Made by a program: the position numbers and the translations under genes. A stretch of 64,000 nucleotides of DNA from a virus: the IMG/VR virus record IMGVR_UViG_3300012931_000017, positions 33,415-97,414 of that record; one strand, given 5' to 3'. Below are positions 30,504 through 39,903 of this stretch, piece by piece; within the stretch, counting starts at the first letter, position 1, and every line of letters begins with the position of its first letter. The notes under the pieces are model-generated. The model made no database searches and had not been told where the DNA came from. It saw only the letters and a list, made by a program, of their open reading frames with translations.

Positions 30504-31512
30504 AATCGAAAAGGTTGAAGAACTTGAAGATAATAACTATGTCTATGATATAGAACTTGAAAATAATCATTATTTTCCTTCTAATGGAATTGTTAGTCAT
30601 AATTGTAGACTAGTTTCGCAGCCAGAAATGTTAAAATTAGCTTCTCAAGTAAATTCGTTTGGTGGAGGTGGTTCTATTTCTTTAGGTAGTCATAGAGTAT
30701 GTACTATAAATTTTAATAGAATTGCATTAGAATGTAAGGATTATGATGATTATTTTAAAATTTTGGAAAATAGACTAGAAGATTCAACCAAAATTTTAGT
30801 TTCTCATAAAGAGCTTATAAAAAATCTAACTAAACAAGGTTTACAAATGTTTATTTCTAATGGTTGGATAAACATGAACAGAATGTTTTCTACTTTTGGT
30901 TTAATAGGTATTTATGAAGCTTGTCAATATATGAATGAAAAATTCGGTTCTTATGATGATTTAGAAAAAGATATATTAGTTTTTGTTAATAAAAAGGTTG
31001 AAGAATTATCCGTAAAATATAACATTAGTGGAAATATTGAGCAAATTCCTGCTGAAAGTTTTGCTATTAGATTGTGTAATGCTGATAAAATTCTTTTTGG
31101 TGAGGATAAAGTAAATTATAAAATTTATGCAAACCAGTTTATACCACTTTGGAATGACGCTACTATTTGGGAAAAAATGGAAGCCGATGGTAGACTTAAT
31201 AAACTTATTACAGGGGGCTCTCTTGTCCATTGTCAAATTGGAGAACGAGTTACATCAAAACAAGCAGAAAAAATAATTAGATACGCCGTTCAAAGTGGGT
31301 GTGAACATTTTGCTCTTAACTCTGTATGGTCTCAATGTGAGCACAATCACGCTTCTTTTGGGAAAGTACTAATTTGTCCTATATGTGGTGGAAAAATAGT
31401 AGATTATTTAACTAGAGTTGTAGGATTCTTTACTCCAGTTTCTTCTTGGACTAAAATTAGAAGAGAGTGGGAATTTGAAAATAGAAAATTTAATAATTTA
31501 GATCAAATATAA
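30487..31512 (+). CDS. nrdD: Int-C (39 aa) fused to the NrdD C-terminal extein (glycyl-radical domain)
   Basis: Int-C blocks F/G '...NGIVSHN' then 'CRLVSQPEM...'; C-terminal zinc site 'CEHNHASFGKVLICPICGG' and glycyl-radical-like 'TRVVGFFTP'. Confidence 0.8.
   Translation: MITWCEIEKVEELEDNNYVYDIELENNHYFPSNGIVSHNCRLVSQPEMLKLASQVNSFGGGGSISLGSHRVCTINFNRIALECKDYDDYFKILENRLEDSTKILVSHKELIKNLTKQGLQMFISNGWINMNRMFSTFGLIGIYEACQYMNEKFGSYDDLEKDILVFVNKKVEELSVKYNISGNIEQIPAESFAIRLCNADKILFGEDKVNYKIYANQFIPLWNDATIWEKMEADGRLNKLITGGSLVHCQIGERVTSKQAEKIIRYAVQSGCEHFALNSVWSQCEHNHASFGKVLICPICGGKIVDYLTRVVGFFTPVSSWTKIRREWEFENRKFNNLDQI
31399..31492 (+). repeat. 94-bp direct repeat, copy 1 (nrdD 3' end)
   Basis: Identical to 32469-32562. 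Confidence 0.9.
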
Positions 31513-31616
31513 ATACACATAAGGATATAGAGGACAGTGATTGATCGTCATTTTCTTCCACTAAAGAATTACTTTATATCCTCTTACTTTTATAAACCTG
31601 TAGTGGAGGTGTCGTT

Positions 31617-32585
31617 ATGTGTATTCCTAATTCAATTTATGTAAGTGTAAAACCCGAAACATTAATTTTAGATCTTAGGATTAAAAGACATAAAGTAAAA
31701 ATGGTTTATTTTATTGTATATAAAACTACTAATTTAATAAATCATAAGATTTATGTTGGAATTCATTTACAATTAAATAATTTAGATTTTGATGGTTATT
31801 TGGGTTCTGGTAAACTTATAAAGCTTTCTATAAAGAAATATGGAAAAGAAAATTTTAAAAGAGAAATTATTGAAGTTTGTAAATCTTGGAATGAACTAGA
31901 AGAAAGAGAAGTTTATTGGATTGAATATTTTCACACTTATATTAAAAAATATCCTAATGACAAAGGGATGAATTGTAGCATTGGAGGTACAAGTGGGTTA
32001 AGTGGATGCAAAAATAAACATTGGAGTAAAGGTAGAACTAAGAATGATTGTGAATCTTTAATGAGAATGGCAGAATCAAGAAAAGGTTTAAATAATCCAG
32101 TACATAAAATACCAAAAGAAAAAATGAAATTAATAAATGAAAAAAGATCAAAAATTATGATTGGGATATTAAAAGGTAGAAAAGTTCCTTGGATTGATAA
32201 ATCTGCTAAAACATTAAAATTACGATACAAAAATGAACCAGAATTAAAAGAATATTGTAAAACTTTTAAATATATTATTAAAATTATATTTAAAAATGAA
32301 TCTAAAGTAGAATATGGTTTCTGTTTAGAAGATATTTCTAAGAAATATAATGTAAGTTTGGGTGCCATTTATTCTATAACCCGTAAAAGAAGAAAAAATA
32401 TTTGGGTTGATGATTTAACCTTTGAAATTATACATACTTTTGTTCCAGTTGTTAAATTAGAAAAAGTTGTAGATTATTTAACTAGAGTTGTAGGATTCTT
32501 TACTCCAGTTTCTTCTTGGACTAAAATTAGAAGAGAGTGGGAATTTGAAAATAGAAAATTTACAAAAATACCTGAAGTTCAATAA
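31617..32585 (+). CDS. GIY-YIG homing endonuclease whose 3' end is a duplicated copy of the nrdD 3' end
   Basis: 'VYFIVYKTTNLINHKIYVGIH...YLGSG' GIY-YIG motif. The last 31 codons '...VDYLTRVVGFFTPVSSWTKIRREWEFENRKF' are identical to the NrdD C-terminus. Confidence 0.8.
   Translation: MCIPNSIYVSVKPETLILDLRIKRHKVKMVYFIVYKTTNLINHKIYVGIHLQLNNLDFDGYLGSGKLIKLSIKKYGKENFKREIIEVCKSWNELEEREVYWIEYFHTYIKKYPNDKGMNCSIGGTSGLSGCKNKHWSKGRTKNDCESLMRMAESRKGLNNPVHKIPKEKMKLINEKRSKIMIGILKGRKVPWIDKSAKTLKLRYKNEPELKEYCKTFKYIIKIIFKNESKVEYGFCLEDISKKYNVSLGAIYSITRKRRKNIWVDDLTFEIIHTFVPVVKLEKVVDYLTRVVGFFTPVSSWTKIRREWEFENRKFTKIPEVQ
32469..32562 (+). repeat. 94-bp direct repeat, copy 2
   Basis: See 31399..31492. Confidence 0.9.
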
Positions 32586-32847
32586 AGAAATAATAAAAAT
32601 GATAACTAAAAAATCTTGGTTTGAATTTAGAAACACCGGACTATTATTAATAATTAATCAAATTCTGCATATTTTTGGTTGGGCGATTGTAATTGATACA
32701 GATGATGAAGGAAATCTTATAGATTGTTATCCTGCAAGAGTTAAATTTAGAGGTTTTTCTGAGGATTCTGTTTCAGCTGCCTATATAAAACTTAGTAAAT
32801 TTATGAAAGATAATGTAGATTCTTTAGTTGATGAAGCAAATTCTTAA
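32545..32847 (+). CDS. hypothetical protein (100 aa)
   Basis: ORF track; overlaps the 3' end of the GIY-YIG ORF. Confidence 0.25.
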   Translation: MKIENLQKYLKFNKEIIKMITKKSWFEFRNTGLLLIINQILHIFGWAIVIDTDDEGNLIDCYPARVKFRGFSEDSVSAAYIKLSKFMKDNVDSLVDEANS

Positions 32848-32856
32848 TAATTTTTA

Positions 32857-32890
32857 TTGACAATTATACTTTAAAATTTAATATTAATAT
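32857..32890 (+). promoter_or_regulatory. conserved early-promoter element upstream of queE, followed by a short hairpin (ATCCAGAGAAGAAATTCTTTGGAT)
   Basis: TTGACAATTATACTTTAAAATTTAATATTAATAT. Confidence 0.6.
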
Positions 32891-32953
32891 CCAGAGAAGA
32901 AATTCTTTGGATATTTTTATTTTGTAAAACTTAAAAATTGGACTAATTAAAAA

Positions 32954-33625
32954 ATGAAAATAATTGAAAAATACGCCGGTTTTCAAGGCGAAGGAAAATA
33001 TCAAGGTAGAAACTCATTGATTCTAAGATTTCCTAATTGCCTTTGTTCGTGTAAATTTTGTGATTCGAAATATTCTTGGTTAAGTCCTAAAATTTTAGAT
33101 ATTCCGGATGAAGAGATATTTAAAGATATAGAAAAATCTGATAATATTATGTTTACTGGTGGAGAACCCTTAATTCCAGAAAATTATGAAGAAATAGAAA
33201 AAATTATAGTTAAGTTTCAAAAACTTAAAACTTATGAAATAGAAACTAATGGAACCATAAATCTTAAAGATAATGCATTAATTTCTTATTTTAAAGAAAA
33301 TATTACATTTAATATTTCACCAAAAAATAATATTGACCAAATTAATATAGATTCTAAAACAGAACCGATTTTATTAAATAATATTAAGTCATATAATTAT
33401 ATTGTGAAATATTTATTTGATTCTTATGAAGATTTGGTTTTTATAACAGAGCAACAAAAAATTTATGATATTCCAAGAAATTTAATTTATGCTCAACCAA
33501 AAGGAACTAATTCAAAAGTATTGAAAGATTTAATAACTAAATACTATGATATAATTATTAGTAAGGGTTGGAATATTTCTTACAGAAGTCATATATTCTT
33601 GTTTGAAAATGATAGAGGATTTTAA
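32954..33625 (+). CDS. queE: 7-carboxy-7-deazaguanine synthase QueE (radical SAM)
   Basis: 'FQGEGKYQGRNSLILRFPNCLCSCKFCDS' radical-SAM cluster in the QueE arrangement; 'FTGGEPL'. Confidence 0.7.
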   Translation: MKIIEKYAGFQGEGKYQGRNSLILRFPNCLCSCKFCDSKYSWLSPKILDIPDEEIFKDIEKSDNIMFTGGEPLIPENYEEIEKIIVKFQKLKTYEIETNGTINLKDNALISYFKENITFNISPKNNIDQINIDSKTEPILLNNIKSYNYIVKYLFDSYEDLVFITEQQKIYDIPRNLIYAQPKGTNSKVLKDLITKYYDIIISKGWNISYRSHIFLFENDRGF

Positions 33626-33673
33626 TAGTACAATAACAAAGATATTTAAAACTGAAACTAATTTTAAGGAGAT

Positions 33674-34045
33674 ATGATGATTCTAAAACTTTACACAGAA
33701 ACTGTAATTGATATTGCTCATTATTTGAGCGGGTATGCTGGAAATTGTAGTAATACTCATGGCCATTCGGAAAAAATATGTATTTGGGTTGAAGGTGATA
33801 GTAGATGGAAAAATGATGTAGGAATTCTTTTTGATTTTGCTTCTGTTAAAAAAATTAAAGAAAAATATGATCACAGAATGCTTAATGAAATTGAACCTTT
33901 TGATAAAATTAATCCAACTGCAGAAAATATTTCTGAAGTAATTTATAATGATTTAAAAAATGAAAGACCCGAATTAAAATTTAAAGTTAGAGTTTATGAA
34001 ACATATGTTGGTAAAGAAACTTATTGTGAACTCGGTGATTTTTAA
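33674..34045 (+). CDS. queD: 6-carboxy-5,6,7,8-tetrahydropterin synthase QueD
   Basis: 'CSNTHGHSE' Cx3HGH zinc/catalytic motif of the PTPS/QueD family; about 120 aa. Confidence 0.8.
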   Translation: MMILKLYTETVIDIAHYLSGYAGNCSNTHGHSEKICIWVEGDSRWKNDVGILFDFASVKKIKEKYDHRMLNEIEPFDKINPTAENISEVIYNDLKNERPELKFKVRVYETYVGKETYCELGDF

Positions 34046-34178
34046 ATTGATTCCATTGATTAAACTAAGATGTAAAGAAACTGTTAAGAAGTTACCTAAA
34101 GTTATTCCACCAAAGAAAGGGAAACAAAAACCCTTTCAAAGAAGAAAGCGAGTTGATTTAGATGAAAACCAACAATAA
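33996..34178 (+). CDS. possible small basic protein (60 aa, K/R-rich); may be spurious
   Basis: ORF track; overlaps the queD 3' end in another frame; 'KKLPKVIPPKKGKQKPFQRRKR'. Confidence 0.15.
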   Translation: MKHMLVKKLIVNSVIFKLIPLIKLRCKETVKKLPKVIPPKKGKQKPFQRRKRVDLDENQQ

Positions 34179-34632
34179 TTCTTATATTATGACTTGGGAC
34201 GATTTAATTAAACGAGTTCAATATCTTCAGGATGATATTTATACTTATTTAGGAGAGTTTAATAGACTAAAAATATATGGTGTTCCGAGAGGTGGTCTTA
34301 TGTTAGCTTCAGTATTTACAACTCTTGGTTGGAATGAATTAGTATTTGATCCTAATAAAGCCGATATAATTATTGATGATATTATTGATAGTGGTGCAAC
34401 TAAAAAATATTATACCGAAAAGTATAATAAACCATTCTTTGCTCTTATTGATAAACAAAATAATGAAGAACATAAAGAACTTGGATGGTTAGTTTTTCCG
34501 TGGGAATCCTCAAAACCAGATACTCTAAATGATAATTTACTTCGTGTTCTTCAGTTTTATAATTTACCTGATAGTTATTTACCTGCATTAAATGATAATA
34601 TTGAATTGTTTATTAAAAATTTAGATTATTAA
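34162..34632 (+). CDS. small type-I phosphoribosyltransferase-domain protein
   Basis: PRPP-binding motif 'ADIIIDDIIDSGAT'; 'GVPRGG'. Confidence 0.55.
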   Translation: MKTNNNSYIMTWDDLIKRVQYLQDDIYTYLGEFNRLKIYGVPRGGLMLASVFTTLGWNELVFDPNKADIIIDDIIDSGATKKYYTEKYNKPFFALIDKQNNEEHKELGWLVFPWESSKPDTLNDNLLRVLQFYNLPDSYLPALNDNIELFIKNLDY

Positions 34633-34641
34633 TGATTTTTA

Positions 34642-34675
34642 TTGACAATTATACTTTAAAATTTAATATTTAATT
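34642..34675 (+). promoter_or_regulatory. conserved early-promoter element upstream of folE
   Basis: TTGACAATTATACTTTAAAATTTAATATTTAATT. Confidence 0.6.
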
Positions 34676-34697
34676 AAACATTTATGAAAGGATCATT

Positions 34698-35396
34698 TTG
34701 GAAACATTAGTTAAAGTTTGTGCTAAATGTGGAACTTATGAAGACTTAACCGAATTTGATAATATAGTTATTTGTAAGTCATGTCTTAAAAAGTATTCTC
34801 TGAAAAATAATATTCGTAAGTTTACAGGCATTCCAGAAATAGAACGTGCCGGAGAATTAATATTAGAAGGTCTTAAAAATACTTTTGGTTTGGATATAAC
34901 CGATCCTAATTTCAAAGATACTCCTAAACGTATGGCTAGAGCTTATTATGAAATCTTTGAAGGAATAAATTCCAAAGAAGAAATTGATGATATATTATCT
35001 ACTAGTTTTCCTTCACAATATAATGCAATGGTGGTTGCTAAAGATATACATTGTTTTTCAACCTGTCCTCATCATATATTACCAGTTGAATATAAAGTTA
35101 ATTTGGGTTATATTCCTTCAGAACAAGTTTTAGGAATATCTAAATTATCAAGATTGGTTGAATTATTAGCTAAACAACCTAAATTACAAGAAGATTTTAC
35201 TAATGATATAGTTAATATTCTTGAATCTAATATTAAACCTAATGGTGTTATTTGTCAAGTTAGAGGAAGACATTTGTGTATGGCTATGAGAGGTGCTAAA
35301 CAACCTAATTCTTGGACTCTTACAAGTACAATTACTGGAGCATTTAATAGATTAGAAACTCGAAATGAATTTCAAATGTTGATAACGGGTGAATAA
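34698..35396 (+). CDS. folE: GTP cyclohydrolase I
   Basis: 'KDTPKRMARAY', 'CPHHILP', 'GISKLSRLV', 'GRHLCMAMRG' - all four signature blocks of FolE. Confidence 0.9.
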   Translation: METLVKVCAKCGTYEDLTEFDNIVICKSCLKKYSLKNNIRKFTGIPEIERAGELILEGLKNTFGLDITDPNFKDTPKRMARAYYEIFEGINSKEEIDDILSTSFPSQYNAMVVAKDIHCFSTCPHHILPVEYKVNLGYIPSEQVLGISKLSRLVELLAKQPKLQEDFTNDIVNILESNIKPNGVICQVRGRHLCMAMRGAKQPNSWTLTSTITGAFNRLETRNEFQMLITGE

Positions 35397-36730
35397 TGAT
35401 TGATATAAATGAATACTTTAAAAAGGTTAATTATTATATAGCAACCTCCGATGAAATGATCGGAATTGATGCTAATTATGATTATTTGAACGATAATTTT
35501 TCTCACGAAAATAAACAAGAACGAGTTAACGTAACCTATTATGATTTGATTGATGACAAATATATGGATGGAGTTTTAACATCCAAAGCATTAGTTACTG
35601 GTAGACAAGTAGAAACTTATACTTCATTAGGAGGACTAAGGAAATACTTTAATATTCCAAAAAGTTATTATTTGATGGGTGATTGTGGAGCACCTACATA
35701 CTTTAACGAAGATAATCCACCATTTACGATTAGTGATCTTTTAGATTTTTATGAAAATCTTGATTTAGATTTTGGTATAACATTAGATCATATTGTTGAT
35801 ATGGTTGATATGACTAACAGAATTAAACCAACAAAAACTCATATTTATCGAAGAGAACTTTCTTGTAAAAATGCAATTGAAATGCTAAAATTAGTTAAAG
35901 AAAGAAAATCGAAAATATATTTATTAGGTTCTGTACAAGGTTGGAGTCCCGAATCTTATAAGCAATCATTAATTGAGTTAGGTGAAGCAGGATTTAAATA
36001 TTGTGCTATTGGTGGATTAACTATGACAGGTAATACTGATATAGTATCACAAATTCTTAGTTATTTAACACCAACAGCTAAGAAATATGGAATTAAATTA
36101 CATTTACTTGGGTTTGGTAGATTAGCTCTATTATCATCATTTTTAAAATATGATATATTGAGTTCTATTGATAATTCTACACCATTATTAAATGCCAGTA
36201 ATGCACCAACATCGGCTTATTTCTTTAATTTAAAAAATAAGTTTTATAAATATGACACTATTTATCTTCCAATTTTTAGTAAAGGAGCTCCTTCCTTGAA
36301 TAAGAAGATAAAGAATCTTTATGAAAATGATTATAGTGATATTATTGTTGAGTTAGATGAATTTTCCCATAATATAGTTAAACAATTAAGAGAATTTGAT
36401 GAATTAGAAAACTCAAAAGAAATAAAAAATAAAGAATTATTTAATTCAATATTAAGAAATATACAAAAGTTTGAGTTAATGCATCGTAAATATTCTGGAA
36501 CTAATCATGATGGAATGAATACTTATTTAAACGAAATTAAATTAGTATTAAATAGCAAATGTTGGAAAAACTGTAGTTGTCCTCTTTGTAAAACTTATGG
36601 TATTAATATGGTTACTTTTAGATCTCAAATGAGAAATAAATTGAGAGGTATTCATAATTTAAAACATTATTACGATTATTTTTGTTGTGAGTTAAATAAA
36701 AATAATAAAATGAACAAATTTTTACTTTAG
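35396..36730 (+). CDS. dpdA: tRNA-guanine-transglycosylase-family protein, probable DNA 7-deazaguanine transglycosylase DpdA
   Basis: 'LGSVQGW...CAIGGLTM' (TGT 'GIVQGG...AIGGLSVGE'), 'LHLLGFG...DSSTP', zinc site 'CSCPLC'. Lies inside the queCDE/folE cluster, as dpdA does in phage 7-deazaguanine systems. Confidence 0.7.
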   Translation: MIDINEYFKKVNYYIATSDEMIGIDANYDYLNDNFSHENKQERVNVTYYDLIDDKYMDGVLTSKALVTGRQVETYTSLGGLRKYFNIPKSYYLMGDCGAPTYFNEDNPPFTISDLLDFYENLDLDFGITLDHIVDMVDMTNRIKPTKTHIYRRELSCKNAIEMLKLVKERKSKIYLLGSVQGWSPESYKQSLIELGEAGFKYCAIGGLTMTGNTDIVSQILSYLTPTAKKYGIKLHLLGFGRLALLSSFLKYDILSSIDNSTPLLNASNAPTSAYFFNLKNKFYKYDTIYLPIFSKGAPSLNKKIKNLYENDYSDIIVELDEFSHNIVKQLREFDELENSKEIKNKELFNSILRNIQKFELMHRKYSGTNHDGMNTYLNEIKLVLNSKCWKNCSCPLCKTYGINMVTFRSQMRNKLRGIHNLKHYYDYFCCELNKNNKMNKFLL

Positions 36731-36739
36731 ATTGATTTT

Positions 36740-36958
36740 ATGGATGAAATGAATAATATAACAAAACAGATTAATGATAATGTTATTGGAGAACTCTATA
36801 ATAGATATACTATAATATTAAATGAACACCTTCCAGAAAAAACTTTGTGTGTTAGTTCAGATATTTTTAACACTTTTAAAAAAGATAAAAAGTTTGAGGA
36901 AAATATAACTAAAATGAAAAGAATTATAGAAGAAATGGACGATGATAAAAATGTATAA
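36740..36958 (+). CDS. hypothetical small protein (72 aa)
   Basis: ORF track. Confidence 0.2.
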   Translation: MDEMNNITKQINDNVIGELYNRYTIILNEHLPEKTLCVSSDIFNTFKKDKKFEENITKMKRIIEEMDDDKNV

Positions 36959-37382
36959 TCATATTTCTGTAGATTTTGATGGAACTCTATTTGTTAATGG
37001 TGAAATTGATAAAGAACTTGTTGATAAACTTAATAAACAATATAATGGTAAGGTTTTTATATTTACCAGTCGGAGTTGGGGAGATTATTTTTTAATTAAG
37101 AATCTTATAACTGAAGCTAAATTAAAGTTTGAAGGAATAGTTTGTGGTAAGTTAATTGCAGGTAAATATCTTGATGATAGAAATATTAGTATTGATGAGT
37201 TTAAAGATTCATCCAATAAAATATCTAATAACAATGAAGAAATATCACGAAATTATCTTATTTGCTTCACTTGTCATTTAGCAAAAACATCTCCGTATGA
37301 TGATGGTAAATTTTGTGCATTTATTATAGATAAACACGATTGGTCTGAACTACCACCTAATTGCCCAAGAAGTAGGTGGTAG
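36942..37382 (+). CDS. HAD-superfamily phosphatase-like protein with a C-terminal Cys/His cluster
   Basis: 'ISVDFDGTLF' DxDGT motif I, 'IFTSR' motif II-like; C-terminal 'CFTCH...CAF...CPRS'. Confidence 0.45.
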   Translation: MIKMYNHISVDFDGTLFVNGEIDKELVDKLNKQYNGKVFIFTSRSWGDYFLIKNLITEAKLKFEGIVCGKLIAGKYLDDRNISIDEFKDSSNKISNNNEEISRNYLICFTCHLAKTSPYDDGKFCAFIIDKHDWSELPPNCPRSRW

Positions 37383-37400
37383 AAGAAAGTAGATAACTAA

Positions 37401-37595
37401 ATGAATAATGAAACTAAACTTAAAAGACTGAATGATAAAATGGATATTCTAAGAAGACAAATATCTGATTTAGAATATACTATTAAACAAGAAAAACAAG
37501 CTAAATGTACTAATCATGATTTTGAATATTTCTGTAGTTCTCATAATGATAGTGTTTATAGATGCATTAAATGTGGTTTAATGGAGGAAAGATGA
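37401..37595 (+). CDS. hypothetical small zinc-ribbon protein (64 aa)
   Basis: 'CTNHDFEYFCSSH...CIKCG'. Confidence 0.2.
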   Translation: MNNETKLKRLNDKMDILRRQISDLEYTIKQEKQAKCTNHDFEYFCSSHNDSVYRCIKCGLMEER

Positions 37596-38449
37596 GCTAT
37601 TCAACTATTACATTCACTCGTGGTGATAAAGATTTAATTCCTACATTTATAACTATATCAATGCAAGATTATAAACCAAAAGAAAGTATTTTGGTAATTG
37701 ATAGTAGATGGATACATGGCAACTATACTTTATATCATCAAATATCATTGATTGAAAATATTTTAGTTCCATTAAATATTAAATTTTCTGTTTATATTAG
37801 TGGAAAATTACATAATAATTTTGCTAAGGTAAAGAATTTTGGTTATTCAAAAGTAGAAACCTCTCATGTATTATATGTTGAAGATGATTGTTTAATTCCT
37901 GCAAACTATGCAAACAATTTGTTTTGTTTGATGATAAGAAATTATTATTATGGTTCATCGGGTGGTATTCAATTACTTATAGAAGATTCTGATGATATTC
38001 AAGAAAAACCAATTTTTGATAAAATTGAATTACCAGAAGAAAAATATTACCAAAGACTCAAAGTCGAAAATGGTAAACTAGAATATGATTCTATTAAACA
38101 TCAATGCTACCTATATAAACATAGTTCATCGGAAAAAGGTAGAACAATACCATGTCATGCATTATTGCATACTTATATGTTAAATATGGAGGTTTTACGA
38201 GAGGTTGGAATGTGGGATGAGAATGCTCCTGAACATGGATCACTAATCTTTGAAGAAATGGATGTAATGTTTAGAATGCACTTAAAAGGATATATAAACT
38301 GGATTCATACAGATTTGATTATGTATCATTATAGGAAATCAAATAGAAGAACTGAAAATGATAAAATATCCCAAAGAGAAGCTTTAAGAGAAGAAAGAAA
38401 ATTATATTTTGGTCAGAAATACATTAGAGAGGGTTTAATAAATGGGTAA
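37571..38449 (+). CDS. hypothetical protein (292 aa) inside the deazaguanine cluster; possible glycosyltransferase or oxygenase fold
   Basis: 'YVEDDCLIP' DxD-like; no firm assignment. Confidence 0.3.
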   Translation: MWFNGGKMSYSTITFTRGDKDLIPTFITISMQDYKPKESILVIDSRWIHGNYTLYHQISLIENILVPLNIKFSVYISGKLHNNFAKVKNFGYSKVETSHVLYVEDDCLIPANYANNLFCLMIRNYYYGSSGGIQLLIEDSDDIQEKPIFDKIELPEEKYYQRLKVENGKLEYDSIKHQCYLYKHSSSEKGRTIPCHALLHTYMLNMEVLREVGMWDENAPEHGSLIFEEMDVMFRMHLKGYINWIHTDLIMYHYRKSNRRTENDKISQREALREERKLYFGQKYIREGLING

Positions 38450-39008
38450 TGAAATATACGAATATAAAAATAATGAAGATTTTAGTGTAACAACTAAAAC
38501 TAGAATTCATGAATTTCTTGGAATTATGAATAAAATTATAAAATTTAAATCTGGATTACATACAATAGCTGATGTTTGTTGTGGAAATAAGTTTATTGGT
38601 AATGCTATACAATCTTATGTACCAACTAGGACTTGTGATTTTTATGATTATTATCCTATTGATTCCACTATATCTAAAATTGATTTGAATTTTAAAGTTG
38701 AATCTAAGATAAAATATGATTTGGTTATATTTAGTCATTCTTTAGAACATTTTGAAGATTCAGGAATGGTTTTAAATTCATTAAAAACTTTTCTTAATGC
38801 TTCTGGACAATTGATTATTGTAGTTCCTAATTGTGAATATAATATAAAAGCTAGAGATCCTAATCTTGGTCATTTTAAATTTTTTGATTTTAATAGCTTA
38901 AAAGAAGAAGTTAATAAAGTTTTTACCATTGATTTTATTGCTGAAAATAATCAAGATGTTGGTTTTGAAGAACTTTGGATAGTTTGTTCTAATAAATTGA
39001 AAAGGTAA
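38442..39008 (+). CDS. class I SAM-dependent methyltransferase
   Basis: Motif I 'IADVCCGNKFIG'; 'DLVIFSHSLEHFED'. Confidence 0.55.
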   Translation: MGNEIYEYKNNEDFSVTTKTRIHEFLGIMNKIIKFKSGLHTIADVCCGNKFIGNAIQSYVPTRTCDFYDYYPIDSTISKIDLNFKVESKIKYDLVIFSHSLEHFEDSGMVLNSLKTFLNASGQLIIVVPNCEYNIKARDPNLGHFKFFDFNSLKEEVNKVFTIDFIAENNQDVGFEELWIVCSNKLKR

Positions 39009-39012
39009 GTTT

Positions 39013-39903
39013 ATGAATACTCAAAAGGAAGTTAAATATTCTGATTTAGTGAAAAATAAATTTCCTGAATTATTTGCACCTTATATAGATGGAGTTTCAT
39101 TTGAAATGAATAAGCATATTTTGATTTTATATTCTGGTGGATTAGACTCAAAAATATTAGAACGTTATGCACAAGTAACTAATCCAAATGCAAAAATAAC
39201 TAAAGTTTGGTTTGATATTGGACAAGAATATAATGAAAAAGAACGCGCTTGTCTTGATTCATCTGTTGAAATTAGAAAAATAGACTATCTTAGAGATGTG
39301 AAAGGAGTTTCTAAAGATGGTAATGTTTGTGGTTCTATTATGATTCCTGGTCGAAATGCTGTATTAGCTATGTTAGGAGCTTCAATATATCTTCCTGATG
39401 AAATTTGGATGGGTGCTGTAAAAGGCGAAGATAACTCTGGAGCTACTGATAAAAATAGAGAATTTGTTAGATTGTTTAATGATTGTATTGGTTATGTACT
39501 TTCACCTTACAAAAAAGTAACTCTTAGATTTCCTTTTGTTGAAACTTTTAAAGGAAAATCAGAAATTGTTTCATGGGCTTTACGTAATGGATTAAGTAAG
39601 GAAGAATTGATGGCTACTTCATCTTGTTTATCGGGTGAAGCTGGTAATTGTGGAACCTGTATTGTTTGTGTTAGAAGGTGGGGTATTTTTTATAGTTTGG
39701 GTTTTGAAGAGAAGTATAATAATAACTTATTTTCTGATAAGAATGCTATAGATTATTTGATTAATGTATTAATTGATGATGGTTCTCATTATGATGAATA
39801 TAGAAAAAGAGAGGTAATTCCTGCACTAAAAAAGAAATTTAATGTTAATAATGAAGATGAATTACTTAAAATTTTAAATGATTTAAAAGAGAGGTGTAAA
39901 TGA
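39013..39903 (+). CDS. queC: 7-cyano-7-deazaguanine synthase QueC (PP-loop ATPase)
   Basis: PP-loop 'LYSGGLDS'; C-terminal zinc cluster 'CLSGEAGNCGTCIVC'. Confidence 0.8.
   Translation: MNTQKEVKYSDLVKNKFPELFAPYIDGVSFEMNKHILILYSGGLDSKILERYAQVTNPNAKITKVWFDIGQEYNEKERACLDSSVEIRKIDYLRDVKGVSKDGNVCGSIMIPGRNAVLAMLGASIYLPDEIWMGAVKGEDNSGATDKNREFVRLFNDCIGYVLSPYKKVTLRFPFVETFKGKSEIVSWALRNGLSKEELMATSSCLSGEAGNCGTCIVCVRRWGIFYSLGFEEKYNNNLFSDKNAIDYLINVLIDDGSHYDEYRKREVIPALKKKFNVNNEDELLKILNDLKERCK

Larger units (their letters stand above)
28885..30603 (+). mobile_element. split intein (Int-N 28885-29250, Int-C 30487-30603) with a free-standing homing-endonuclease gene (29319-30503) inserted between the halves
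   Basis: Int-N motifs as above. Int-C 'VYDIELENNHYFPSNGIVSHN' followed by the extein Cys at 30604. The intervening ORF has C2H2-type zinc fingers and a D...EIK nuclease core. Confidence 0.75.

Noticed and set aside
31006-32368. Minus-strand ORFs 31006-31236 and 31937-32368
   Set aside because: Antisense within the NrdD C-extein and the GIY-YIG gene.
33683-33874. 63-aa minus-strand ORF
   Set aside because: Antisense within queD.
38556-38738. 60-aa minus-strand ORF
   Set aside because: Antisense within the methyltransferase gene.
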